DNA of 64,000 nucleotides from Cyanophora paradoxa CCMP329 (taxonomy: Eukaryota > Plantae > Glaucophyta), in contig QPMI01000306.1 in assembly GCA_004431415.1 (NCBI GenBank), positions 4,203 to 68,202 on the forward strand, written 5' to 3'. How positions within the stretch are numbered: the stretch's first letter is position 1; every line of letters starts with the position of its first letter. The translations under genes and the position numbers were made by a program. Positions 36,720-48,414 of the stretch are shown piece after piece. Under the pieces are notes generated by a model. It made no database searches and was not told where the DNA came from. It worked only from the letters and a program-made list of their open reading frames with translations.

Positions 36720-37253
36720 ACTGACCAAGGTGGAGAGGGAGTGAACCCAGGAAACATTCAAATCCCTAAACACTCGGTGGGGGTCCCACTTGGAAGGGCA
36801 GAGCCTCGTACAGGCCCTCTGCTGGGCAGGGTGCACCTGCCTAAGGCTAGCGCCTTGCGCATGTTCCCCCTGTTATGTTTTTGTGTGCACCTGACCTTGC
36901 TTTTGTGGGCCCGATGGGAATTCAAACTGACCAGCGCTAAGAGCGAGTGAACCCAGGAAACGTTCAAGTCCCCAAACACTGGGGGGGCTCCCACTTGGAA
37001 GGGCAGAGCCTCATACAGGGCCTCTGCTGGGCAGGGTGCGTGAGTAGAGGCAGAGTTGCCGACAGTGATATCAGGTTGAAGCAGCAAATCGGTGCCTCAG
37101 CTGGGAGGGGTGACCCTGCCTAAGGCTAGCTTCGTGTGCACCTTCCTCCTGAAGGTTAATGTGTGCACCTGACTCCCTGTACCGCGCCCGACGGGGTTTC
37201 GAGATCACCAAGGTGGGGAGGGGAGTGAACACAGAAAACATTCAAATCCCCAA
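36720..37253 (+). repeat. ~206-bp repeat sharing a core with Sat124 (other pieces at 32223-32288 and 46530-46620 minus)
   Basis: GTGAACCCAGGAAAC at 36741 and 36947; contains CTGCCTAAGGCTAGCGCCTTGCGCATGTTCCCCC. Confidence 0.85.
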
Positions 37254-37260
37254 TCAGCCA

Positions 37261-37544
37261 GCCTGCGAGAGTGCTCGTCAGAAAGGTAAACCTCAACCGA
37301 GCTATGTGGAGTTTGCTGAAGAGGCGCAAAAGTTGGCATCGGAAGCTAATGTTGCTGTTGAGGAGGCGAATCTTCAAGTTTGGAAAGAGCTTGATTTGCC
37401 TGGTGCTCTTCCTGCTGACATCATGTCCAAGGCCCGACTCATTCATTATTTGACTGATGAGTGGACCAAGTACTTGGAGAAGAACTCGCAGTTTTCGGTT
37501 CTCCCTGGTTCAACATTTTCAACTACGGAGCGTAGTTCCTTCGT
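37261..37544 (+). mobile_element. Family D gag fragment
   Basis: Near-identical to 41137-41419 (ACESARQKGKPQPSYVEFAEEA...). Confidence 0.92.
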
Positions 37545-38300
37545 GATCTGCACATAACGAGCCTCGAGCGGGGCCCTCCCCCGGGGTTTGGGCGGGGGCC
37601 GGGCGGATCGCAGTGACCGTTGGGGTTTGGCGGGGCCCTCAGGACGCCAAAAAAATGGTTCAAGGGGTTGCGAACGAGACCGCGTTAGAGAACAAGATTC
37701 TCGAACAGCAGATCACGAAAGAGAAGGTCGAAAAGAAACCGGATGTTTCGTTCGACGTTCTTCCCGATCCAATCACAACCGCGAAGAATACGCCAACTGA
37801 ATTAATCGCTAAGACCATCGATTACGCGGAGAGTAACAAGACCGATTTACCGGTAATGAATAAGAGTTTACTTCGGGTCGCCACTTCGCAAGCCGACCCC
37901 ATTACGTCGGCTCCCCTGTATTCGGGGGTCGCAAAACTTGGGATCCGCCCCGGTTACCGGAGGTTTTAAAACCCTTAATGATTATTTTACCGTGAAAAAA
38001 TTTCTTGTTCAAATGTAGCGCTACGTGAACAATCCATTCGCGTAGGCTCACGTTACTCATTTTTTGGGTGGCGTTGTAGAAAAATGTGATATCCATGTAT
38101 ATCGCGCTTTTATCACCTGTTCTACGGGATTCATTCGTGGAAACTTGCGACCGACAAGTAGACAATCGGGGACACTTCGATTTCTTTTTCCGGCATCTTC
38201 TTTCAAAACGGTGCAAAAAATGACGGCTTTTCAAGACAAGTATATACCAACAACAAAAGGACTTAAAGATTTCTTGTTACATATCAGAAAAGGACAGAGT

Positions 38301-38558
38301 ATGATGCCGATTAGCGAAGCACAGAAGCGCGCAATTTACCGTTACCGCAAGACCGAAAAGGGTCGTGAATATCTGAAAAAGTACAGCAACAGACTGTCGA
38401 AACCTTTGAAGGAATTAAACGACACCGACGAGTGTTACCGAGCGATGAAGATAGTCAATAGTTCACAACGCCAATACGTCGCGAACGCTGTGTGTTACAT
38501 TAAATGCGTTTATGGGGTTCCACACTCAAATCGGGGGCGCCCCTCGATCTACTTCTGA
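38301..38558 (+). CDS. Small basic protein, possibly of Polinton-like/giant-virus origin
   Basis: MMPISEAQKRAIYRYRKTEKGREYLKKY; intronless, AT-rich context, ACTTAAAGA motif ~35 nt upstream. Assignment is by resemblance only. Confidence 0.35.
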   Translation: MMPISEAQKRAIYRYRKTEKGREYLKKYSNRLSKPLKELNDTDECYRAMKIVNSSQRQYVANAVCYIKCVYGVPHSNRGRPSIYF

Positions 38559-40149
38559 TCTTGTTTTTTCTCAGCGCGTCTCAGCGCGTTGTTTGTATTA
38601 TTTTAAGAACCATTGTATGATGGTCGACCCTTTGTAATTTTTCCCTTTTGCTTGACCGATCGATTAAATGCGCCGGCAACAAATGACGTCATAGAATGAA
38701 ATCACTTAAAGAATAAATTTATTTGCATACTTCGTAGATATTCGACACCACCTCAGTTCATCCGTGCGATCGGTTTTCCACCTCGGCTTCTAGCACTAGT
38801 ACTAACACCTGTACATAAACCTCTTCATAGCGCCCCCCGCGCATAGCCCCGACGGATGAATACAAAATACGCCTGGGAGAAGGGGTAGGTTTTGAAGTAG
38901 ATCTTCTTCCCATCCACTTCATCCAATGACTGACAGTGATGACAGAAGTGGCTTATTGCATCACATACGTTCAACAATCCGGTTCCTGTGATTGAACCCA
39001 GTGCATTGAGGGTAGTTGCGTCGGCACAAGTAATTGCCTCCTGTTGCATTTGGATGATAAGCTTGCCAAATGTGACCATCATCACACAGATAGACCGCAG
39101 CTGTCCATTTGGCGTGCACCCACAATCGCCGATGCTTTCAATTGGGTCATTGGAGATTGCACCCGCTTCATCAGTTGGGAATGTGTCTCTGTAGTTCTTG
39201 AAGATCGAGCAAGTCTCAGGGAGTGCAACAAACCGAAAAGCCATCGCACCTGTGTGTTGGCTTTGTTCTTTTTCTCCATGACTAGAACGCGCTTCTCGAG
39301 ATTTGCTATTCTTGTCTCCATTTCTCGTGCTCTGTGCTTCGTTTGCACTTCGACGAAAAACAGAAGGGCCAGCCGCGCCCCTCGAGACCCATACCCACCC
39401 ACCGAGGCGCAAACGGGGCACGAAAAACACATAAATTTCAAAGGATTCGCGAAAGTACACAAGGGAAACCGCCAAAATCTACTGGGAGCGGCGGGAGGAG
39501 CGCGCGGGGTTGCGCCGGACCTCGTACGGGGCGCCGCGGGTTTTCACGGGGGCCATGCGGCGGGGCTTAGGGGGGGCCCGTGACGGGGGAGGCGGGGCGG
39601 GGGGCGGGGGCGGGGGGTAGGCAGGCTCGTCCACGATGTCGTACTCCTCCCGGAACGCCCCCTCGACCTATCAGGGCTAGGGCAGTCAAGTAGGCTAGCG
39701 TGTGGTGTAGTTTGCCTTGTACAGAATGTGAGTAGTACCCCCTGCCGCCGCCGATATGCGAGAGGGGCTAGGAGGTCTTGATGGTGGGTTGGGGTGGGGT
39801 CCAAGGGGGCGTGTGCGACCCTTCTGTTTTTTGTCGAAGCACATCAATTTTGTTTTAACCGCGCAAACATAGATGGAATTCTTCTGTCGCTTTTGTCGCA
39901 AGGAACCCAGAATGGATTCCAAAAAGAGCAGGTGCCAGAGCGTGTACAAGAATTTCCATGCACAATTTGCAATCAGATCAGCTCTGGTGCTGCCAACACT
40001 TGCCACCCTTTGAGCCAGCATAGCGGTACATCTCAATTCAGCTGCCATCAACTTGTTTGATTTGGGAAAATTAGCAGTGATGTGTCCACTTCTTGTAGAG
40101 CTGCGGGAATTTCAGAGAAGGATCACAAAAAACAAAGCGGATGCAGCGG

Positions 40150-40531
40150 ACCTCGGGCTCGCGCGAGGGGATGGGGACCACGGAGGCGGCATTCTTGTCG
40201 GCCTCGAGGGTCTCGTCGTCCATCTCCTCGGTAGCATCGACGATACGAGCCGCCAGGTCCTCCGATTCCGCCTCGGAGTTCTCGGGCTCGTGGTCAAATG
40301 CCTGCGCCCAGGAAAATCAGCGGGCAAAGAGAGAGAACGCAAGGAAATAAGGCGGACCTCGAGCGCGACGGGGGCAGGCGCAGGGGACGGAGCGGCGACG
40401 GGGACCGGAGCGGCGAGGAGGGCCGGAGCGGCGGAGAGGGCAGGAGCGTCCTTGGGGGCGCGTGTGGCCTTGTACTTGAGGGCCAGAGTGGGCTTGATGG
40501 GCTTGGTGAGCTTGGCGGGCACGCTCATGTC
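40150..40531 (-). pseudogene. Intron-containing low-complexity ORF of an unidentified GC-rich element
   Basis: MDMSVPAKLTKPIK..PAPVALE, then a GTCCGC...CTGAT..GCGCAG intron (~40357-40302) and an acidic exon (..EPENSEAESEDLAARIVDATEEMDDE..); lies next to the 270-bp repeat. Confidence 0.4.
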
Positions 40532-40946
40532 CATCGGATCGTCGAGGACAAAGAGGGCAGTCACAGAAGCCGCGCAGGTCGGCCGTTCGCAAGGCACGAA
40601 GCGTCCGCGGTGCTGGCTGTAGCTAGCTACGTGCCGACTGTAACATATAGATTACTCTGCCAGCCCCAGACTAGGCCAGGCTCGCCGCGCGGGGCGTGCG
40701 ACCGCGCCGAAGGCAGGGGGTCGGGTCGGTCAGCGGCGCGGGCGCCGGGGAGCTAGCCAGCGTGCCTAGCTACCCGCATAGTGCTTCCGGTGCGTGCTCT
40801 GCGCTCTCCCGGCGCGGCGCTGCAGCGGCTGCACCAGTCTGCCACCGAATTGCAGTACCACGCCGGCCAAGTTTGCCGTACCCAAAGTGCGGCTACTCGG
40901 AAATGTTTAATCGGTGATTAAATAAGGATATCCTAGGGCCCCACAC

Positions 40947-43900
40947 GTGGGGTATGCTTGGCCCATCATAAAACAGAAGATGGTTTCGATTTTCGTTGGA
41001 CACACTGAGATTCAGAATGCTTTGTTTGCTGCAAATGATTGGAACGCTTTTGAGACCACCTTTCTTCAGCACTTCTGCCATGAGAGCCATCGTATGGCTT
41101 CACTTCGTAAATTCTATTCTTTCACCTACAAAATTGCCTGCGAGAGTGCTCGTCAGAAAGGTAAACCTCAGCCGAGCTATGTGGAGTTTGCTGAAGAAGC
41201 GCATAAATTGGCATCGGAAGCTAATGTTGCTGTTGAGGAGGCGAATCTTCAAGTTTGGAAAGAGCTTGATTTGCCTGGTGCTCTTCCTGCTGACATCAAG
41301 TCCAAGGCCCGACTCATTCATTATTTGACTGATGAGTGGACCAAGTACTTGGAGAAGAACTCGCAGTTTTCGGTTCTACCTGGCTCAACATTTTCAATTA
41401 CGGAGCGTAGTTCCTTCGTCACACGCTCTGAGTTGGAAGTTCTTCGCTCTGAGTTGCGCTCTGAACTGGATTCTCGTGTTCGGTCCCTCGAAACTGAACT
41501 CAAACATTTCCGCTTTGAAAACCAGAATGCGTTCTCTGACCTTTCGTCACAGCTGGATCGGTTTATGAATGCTACTTCATCTCGCAATAGCGCTCATTAC
41601 GGAAACTATGGTTCTTCGAATTCATACAATTACAATTTCTCTTCTCGTGGTGGTCGCGGTCGTGGTGCATTCCGCGGTGGTTTCAATAACCGCAACTCGT
41701 TTGATCGCCGCAATGACAATCCGCAACCGCGTGCTCGTTCGCAGGATCGCTCTGACTCGCAAGTTCGGAGCAATTCCGTCCCTCGCTCGGGGGGGCGCTA
41801 ACCCAGCCAGGTTTTTCAGCCCGCCTGGCTGGGGCAAATCAGCCAGCAACCCAACGGAGGGGTTTAATTTCGATTTCTCCGCTTATTTCATTCAATGAGT
41901 ATCTTCGACGTACGTCTGCTTTCTCTTCCCTTCCCAATTCTCCTCCACTTCCTTCTATTTCTTCTTTTCCTGTGTCCAATACCAGCAAATCTAAGAGTTC
42001 TGCTAATTTTGACAGTGGCAAGATTTGTTGTGCTCAAAATGTTCAAGGTCATTCGATCAGTGCTTCTACCCCAAGCTGTGATGCCTCTTCTCTGGAACAG
42101 AGGACCATGCTTGTTTCCAAGCAGAAGGGAGAATTCATTCGAGTGCCTCTCTCTCAGTGTACCAGCAAGGTTTCTTTGTCTCTTTCCGCTTTTCCCAGAA
42201 GGCATTATGGATCACTTGGTGGAATTTCGAAGAGCAAACAACCTCTTGAAATTGTTGGAAATAGCAGTAGCACTTCAAGCCCAAAAAGTCCCTCTGACAA
42301 CTCCCACTCTCCTAGAGAGAATTCTCCAGCAGGGAGACAGTTTGCTGTCTGATATTTCACTGGTCACAAGAAGACTGGTGCAGAAGTTGAAACTTCAAAA
42401 TCAGGTAATTAAGACCTCATTCACGCCTTGTGTTCGCCTGCCCAATTCACATCTTGTTAATGTACCTGGCGAGATTTTGATTAAAGGGTCAATCGGTCCT
42501 TTGACAGCATCTTTCCCATTTCTTGTTGTGGACTTTCCCAATTATCCATATGCCGGCATTCTTGGACAAGATTTCTTGTCTGAATTTGGAGTGACATATA
42601 AGAATGAACAGGTGAACAGGCGCTCCATCACATTCTCGAAGTTCCCAGATCAGCCAGTAGAGTGCAAGATTGCTTCTATTACTTTTGGATCAGATCAGCA
42701 GCATGGATCCTTGCCAGATTCTCCTCAACCACGCCCTGATGAATCATCTCACAATTCTGATGAGTGTTCTGAAGAATATGGTGTGATTATGGAGACTGCT
42801 GAGAAGGTCAAGCTTGATCCTGGAACTCAGAGGTTTGTTTGGATGCGAGCACCCAGCCGCTGCTATGTGCAGGATGGCGAAGGCTTTATTGATGACTTTA
42901 GAGAATGGAACGAGAATGAGTTTGTCCATGTGGCAGGTGGCCCAGCTCATTGTCGTGGAGGACGTATCAAGGTATTGCTTGTCAATCTTGATCCAAGGTC
43001 TGACAGGGGACCGGCAGTAATACCTGAAGGTACCCGGCTAGCCAGGTTTGTTCCGAGCAAGAGTAAAACATCAGTTGTCCACAACATGCCGGAAATCTGT
43101 GATGTCAACCTGGTGCTGAGTTATGACTCATCTGGGAAAGGAAGTTTTGTGCACACTTCTGAGTACAAGGGTCCTGATTCAGTAGATATCACTGCGTCCG
43201 AAGCTGTTCTCCAGTCTTCTTTTGATGATTCAAGTAAAAGAGTTTCAGATTCTGTTGTAAATAACTCGACTTCATTAGATAGCGATAAAAAGAGTTCTGT
43301 ATTTTCGCAAGCAAGTTCTGTACCAGTATCTTCGGTCGATGAAGTAATTCTGAAGGAGATTCGGGAGCGATTTGGTGATAATGTTGCAAGCCTCATCTCT
43401 CCATGCAGTGTTGGTTCAGCTGATGATAATCTTGATGAGAGGAAGCTTATGTGGGATTTCTTGGCGAGGAAGCATGAAGTATTTGCTGAGGGTCAATGGA
43501 AACATGATGAGTCCAGACCTGGTCCTCCTATTGAGCATAGCATTGACACTGGAGATGCAAAGCCGATTGCTGAACCTCCAAGACGTCTTTCTTTTGACCA
43601 ACGCCAAAAGATTGTTCAAGAGACCCAAAAGCTGATCAAAAGGAATTTAATTCGTCCTTCTAGAAGCCCTTGGGCCGCTCCAGTGGTCCTTGTGCGGAAG
43701 AAGGATGGTTCATATCGTTTCTGCATCGATTACAGAAGGCTCAACAGTGTTACCAAGGATGATGCATATCCCTTACCAAGAATTGATGATGCTCTTGAAG
43801 CTCTTTCTGGATCCATATATATTTCTGTTGCAGATTGTGATGATGGATATTGGAATGTCAAGATGAGTGAGAAGGATCGGCCGAAGACAGCTTTTAGGAC

Positions 43901-46471
43901 ACCAACTGTTTATATGAGTGGAATGTCATGCCGCAGGGCCTCAAAACGGCCCCTGCGACATTTCAGATGTTGATGAATGGAGTGTTAGGAGCGTACCTTT
44001 ACATCTTTATTCTTGTTTATCTTGATGATATATGTGTCTTTTCCAGGAGTCTGAAGGAGCATTTCGAACATCTTGAATGGGTTTTTGATCAGCTGATTGC
44101 TGCTCACCTGCGGTTAAAAGCACGCAAGTGTCGTTTCTTCAAGGCTGAAGCTGAGTACCTTGGATTTGTTGTTTGCCGAGAAGGAATCAAGCCGTGTGAC
44201 AGCAAAGTTCAGGCTGTGAAGAATTTCAAGACTCCAACATCTGTATCAGAAGTCAGGTCTTTCTTAGGTTTAGTGAATTACTACAGGGTCTTCATACCTT
44301 CATGTGCAATCATTGCTTCTCCATTGTATGATTTGTTGAAATCCAAGAATTTGTTTGTATGGGGAGAATCACAAGACTTTGCTTTCGGTAAGCTCAAGGA
44401 GTTATTGTGTTCCTCTCCTATTCTTGCATATCCAGATTTCAAGAAGTCTTTTATCCTCAAAACAGATGCTTCGAAAACTGGCATTGGTGCTGTGTTGTCG
44501 CAACTGGATGACAATGGTCAGGAGCGAGTCATTTCGTTTGCTTCCAAGACACTCACCCCAGCTGAGCGCAAGTGGAACAAGGAGGTTGTTATTGCATATG
44601 CTGCTGAACCGTTATCAGATGAGCAACAGAAGTGGACAGTTACTGAGCAGGAGTTATATGCTGTTTACTGGGCTGTGACTAAAAAGTTCTCACATTATCT
44701 GAAAGGTCCCAAGTTCTTCATCAAGTCGGATCACAGTGCTCTCCAGTATATGAAGTCGAATAAGGAGTTCCCAAATGCTCGGATCGCCCGCTGGATTCTT
44801 GGAATGCAGGAGTACAACTATGAAATTTCGCACAAGTCTGGTACCCTGAATGCTGATGCGATGCACTTTCGAGACTTGTGAAGCGAGTTGTTGCCAAGAT
44901 TGAAGAGTTGTCTCTCATTTCTCCTATCATTCCCATCCCTATTCTTGTGAATGCAGTTGAGCTTGATTTATCTCTTTCTGCTTGTGATATTAGAGCTGCT
45001 CAACTTGAGGATCCGTTGCTCAACACCATGATCAGGTATCTTGAAGATGATGTGCTTGTCCTTCCTGAGGGCGTGGACAAGTCAGTGGAGCGAACACTCA
45101 AGAGTGGGAAGTTCGTACTGAAATGTGATGTACTTTGTCGCCAACGAACTGGATCTGATTCTTTTCAAGTTGTTGTTCCGTACTGCATGACTCAACAGGT
45201 TCTTCGCGCTCTTCACGACAATTTCGGACATCCTGGAGTGACCAAGTTGATCGATCTTGTCTCATCTCGTTACTATTGGAAGAACTTGCGTCGCGATGTC
45301 TATGATTATGTTCGGAGCTGCCACAAGTGTCAGTTGATCAAACCGAAGCCAACCTCTTCGAATCTTCCGACTGTATCTGTGGTTGCTGATGCTCCGATGC
45401 AACACATTGAGATCGACATCGTGGGGCCGTTTCCCATATCGAGTCGTGGTAACAAGTACGTGGTGACAATTGTCGATGTTTTTACTCGATGGGGCACCGC
45501 AGTGCCTGCACGGTCCAAGTCGGCCACTGTCGCTGTTCGCGCACTTTTCGAACATTGGATCCCTGAACATGGAGTTCCTCGCAAAATCTCTTCTGATCGT
45601 GGCGGAGAATTCGATAATCTCATTCTGCAAGAGTTGGAACGGATCTTCGGAATAAAACATGTTTTCGCTGCTCCATATCATCCCCAATCGCAGGGTCTCG
45701 TGGAAAAGTTCAACGATGTTCTCGTCACTCGCCTTCGTTTCTATGCGGAACAGAACGAGAAGCAATGGGACTTGTTCATTCCTTTCGCCTTGTTTGCGAT
45801 TCGCAACTTCAAGAATCCTTCGACTGGATTCACACCTTTCGAGATGTTGTACGGTCGACAGTGTACGCTTCCTACTGATTTGTTGCTTGAACCTGATATC
45901 ACTGTCGGCAATTCTGCTTCTACTCACGCTGCTGAGCTTGGTCGTCGGTTCTCGCGTATCTACTCCGAGGCTAATTTGGTTCGGCAAGCTCGACAGGACG
46001 CACAAGGGCAAGCTGCCTCACCCTCGGGTGACCCGTTGTTCGTTCAAGGTGAACAGGTCTGTGTCAAGACCCCTTCGACTCGTTTGCGCAAGATGGACCC
46101 CAAGTTCACTGGTCCATGGGAGATCGTTGCTGATGCCTCTCGTGGACATGGTGTGTCCTATGTGGTTCGATTTGTTGGTGGTGACAACAAGCTTGGCTAT
46201 TCTACCGGTGACAAGGTTACGGTTCACGCTGATCGTCTCATCCCCTACGTTGAGCGTGATTGAGTTGGCCAGCGAGGACGTGGCCCTCTCAACTGCGGAG
46301 CGAAATGTTGTATCTCGAACCCAAACTCCCCCTCGTAGCATAGCCCTGTGCCCTATGTATGGTAGTCAGTTGGGGCTTGTACTGGCTTCTGTAATAAATA
46401 CACGAGACTCTTGCAGAATGACGGGTAAACATGTTCTCCCAAGTGTTCTTTGATCATTTCTTGCCGCAACC
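40947..46471 (+). mobile_element. Ty3/Gypsy family D, 5'-truncated, with putative 3' LTR ~46306-46471
   Basis: gag 40947-41801. pol in pieces (41972-42352, 41895-43973, 43928-44881, 44878-46263) with YLDD, RH motifs, HHCC, DDE and FTGPW. Protease DSG segment deleted near 42346. LTR TGTTG...GCAAC with AATAAA at ~46393. Confidence 0.95.
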
Positions 46472-46477
46472 CGTCAG

Positions 46478-46860
46478 CCCCAGGTTTCCAATCTCTTGCA
46501 AAATAGAAGAAAGATGCACCCCAAAAACTTTCCAGGGGGAACATGCACATGGCGCTAGCCTTTGGCAAGTGCACCCTGCCCAGCAGAGGCCCTGTAAGAG
46601 GCTCTGCCCTTCCAAGTGGGCTAGCGCCATGTGCAGACATCAAATATGTGGTTTGGGGTGCATCTTTCTTTTGTTTGTGGCGGATCCAAAACCTGGGGCC
46701 TTCGAATTAGTGACTAGCTGGTGGCTGAATTCATCTGTCTAAGGCTAGCGCTTTGTGCATATTTCCCTATCTTTGGGGTTCATCTTTTTTCCTTTGTGCA
46801 GATTTGGGGTTAGACTAGCGCGTTGTGCAGACAACAGGCTAGCGCCATATGCAGATATCA
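46478..46860. repeat. Scrambled, degenerate Sat124/206-bp repeat pieces in both orientations
   Basis: Minus-strand unit 46478-46570, plus-strand units ~46650-46805, and repeated restarts at CTAGCGC. Confidence 0.8.
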
Positions 46861-47078
46861 AGTATGTGGTCTCTGCCTTCGTTGATGGCCTAGGTCTAGA
46901 ACTAATGAACGCTGATGGCCGCGGTCTAGAATATTTCAGCTAAAATATCGGAAACTTGAAGACACCCCTCTGCTTTATTTACGTACTCTTTCTGTTGCAA
47001 ATTAGCCACGGAGATTTTATATCGGCACACAGGCATTTGAGAACAACTTTGACACAGGCATTCGGTTTTAAAATCAAA

Positions 47079-48383
47079 ATGCAGATTATAATAAGACGAT
47101 CTGCTATTTATGCTTGTATGTTCATCCTCAGTTCTTGTGTTTTTGCCTCACGCAACTTCGACGATTCGCCGCGCAATTTTCCACTCCATGCCGATGTCTC
47201 CGCCCGTGTTTTACTTACAGATTGTTTGTTTCCAACTGTAATTGCGGCATGGAGGCTGAATGAAGTGTTGGCCTTCATCGAGAACTTTGACACGGACATT
47301 CTGATTCCAAGGCGGATTTTTTCCTTCGCTGGATTGCCCATCCCTTTTCAATTCGACGAGCTCAGGTTGTCTCATAGACTGAAAGAATATGACATTCTGA
47401 TTTTTAACCCAAATCTAAATTGGATAAACCGGTCTAACTCCGAAGATTTCGATGGGACAATCTATAATGTGAATAGCGGTGCAGACTATGCCCTGCGGCT
47501 GAAAAAGTACCGTAATGAAGCATTCGATTTAAGCAAGTACGACATTGTTTTCCACATTTTTGTAAACGTGTTCTATGATTTCAACGGCATTTTCCCAAAC
47601 ATCGTTCCATTCAACAAACAGGTCATTCATCTGTATCCTGGCGGGGGTTTCGACTTCAATATCAATCTGTCCATACACCCTTCTGTCCATCTTGTTTTAA
47701 CCACACCATTTGCGGTGACATGGATGCAACGAAACAACATAAAAAATAACTGGACACTTGCCTTGACTGGACCATTCTTGCGTAAGAATGAGGTAGTAGT
47801 TCCCAAGACATTTCACAATTTCCCACCTATGAATGTCTGTTTCACTTCCATCGGTGACCGTGAAGACAAAGGAGCACATGTTTTTCTAGAAATTGCACGT
47901 GTCTATAAGCTGAAGTACAGAAACGACTCAGTGTCCTTTTGGGGAATTGGCAACGTACCCTCGAGTGCACATATAAATTTACTCGCACCCATGGCTCAAG
48001 AGAAGTTGGATAATCTGTATGCACAGTACGGTCATGTTTACATCAACCTACTTTCTGAAAAAGCACAGTCTACCAATGGGTGGCCACTGGGGATTGAAGC
48101 TGTACTTCGTGGTGTGGTTCTGATGACAACAGACTACTGGGACTTGAATGCCGTTTACAACTTTACTGGAATTGTGATAATTCGACGGGAGGATGTGAAC
48201 GACATTGTAGAAAAACTTCATTCTCTGTACATCAATCCTGTGCTTCTGAAAGAGCTGAGCATACGGGGGCAGAATGAGGCGAAAAATGTATGCGAGTATG
48301 AAGCATTTACAGCTTCTTTTCTTTTTCACATCCGTGACTGCATCCAGAAAAGTAGGATATCTGTCCAGAATTCAGGAGCTTGA
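47079..48383 (+). CDS. Putative GT-B (GT4-like) glycosyltransferase, intronless, with N-terminal signal/anchor
   Basis: The first ATG (47079) of the 475-aa ORF gives MQIIIRRSAIYACMFILSSCVFAS. Motifs IHLYPGGGF, VCFTS..DKGAHVFLEIA, NGWPLGIEAVLRGVVLMTTD resemble the GT-B ExFG..EA nucleotide-binding region. Confidence 0.72.
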   Translation: MQIIIRRSAIYACMFILSSCVFASRNFDDSPRNFPLHADVSARVLLTDCLFPTVIAAWRLNEVLAFIENFDTDILIPRRIFSFAGLPIPFQFDELRLSHRLKEYDILIFNPNLNWINRSNSEDFDGTIYNVNSGADYALRLKKYRNEAFDLSKYDIVFHIFVNVFYDFNGIFPNIVPFNKQVIHLYPGGGFDFNINLSIHPSVHLVLTTPFAVTWMQRNNIKNNWTLALTGPFLRKNEVVVPKTFHNFPPMNVCFTSIGDREDKGAHVFLEIARVYKLKYRNDSVSFWGIGNVPSSAHINLLAPMAQEKLDNLYAQYGHVYINLLSEKAQSTNGWPLGIEAVLRGVVLMTTDYWDLNAVYNFTGIVIIRREDVNDIVEKLHSLYINPVLLKELSIRGQNEAKNVCEYEAFTASFLFHIRDCIQKSRISVQNSGA

Positions 48384-48414
48384 CAGATTTTGTCATTCTA
48401 AAACTATTGCCTTG

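Noticed and set aside
38825-39475. 216-aa minus-strand ORF
   Set aside because: No recognisable motif and no support for start or splicing; left uncalled.
41895-42345. Hydrophobic N-terminus of the 692-aa ORF as a signal or env-like region
   Set aside because: It is an off-frame reading caused by the deletion of the protease active site; the true pol frame upstream is 41972-42352.
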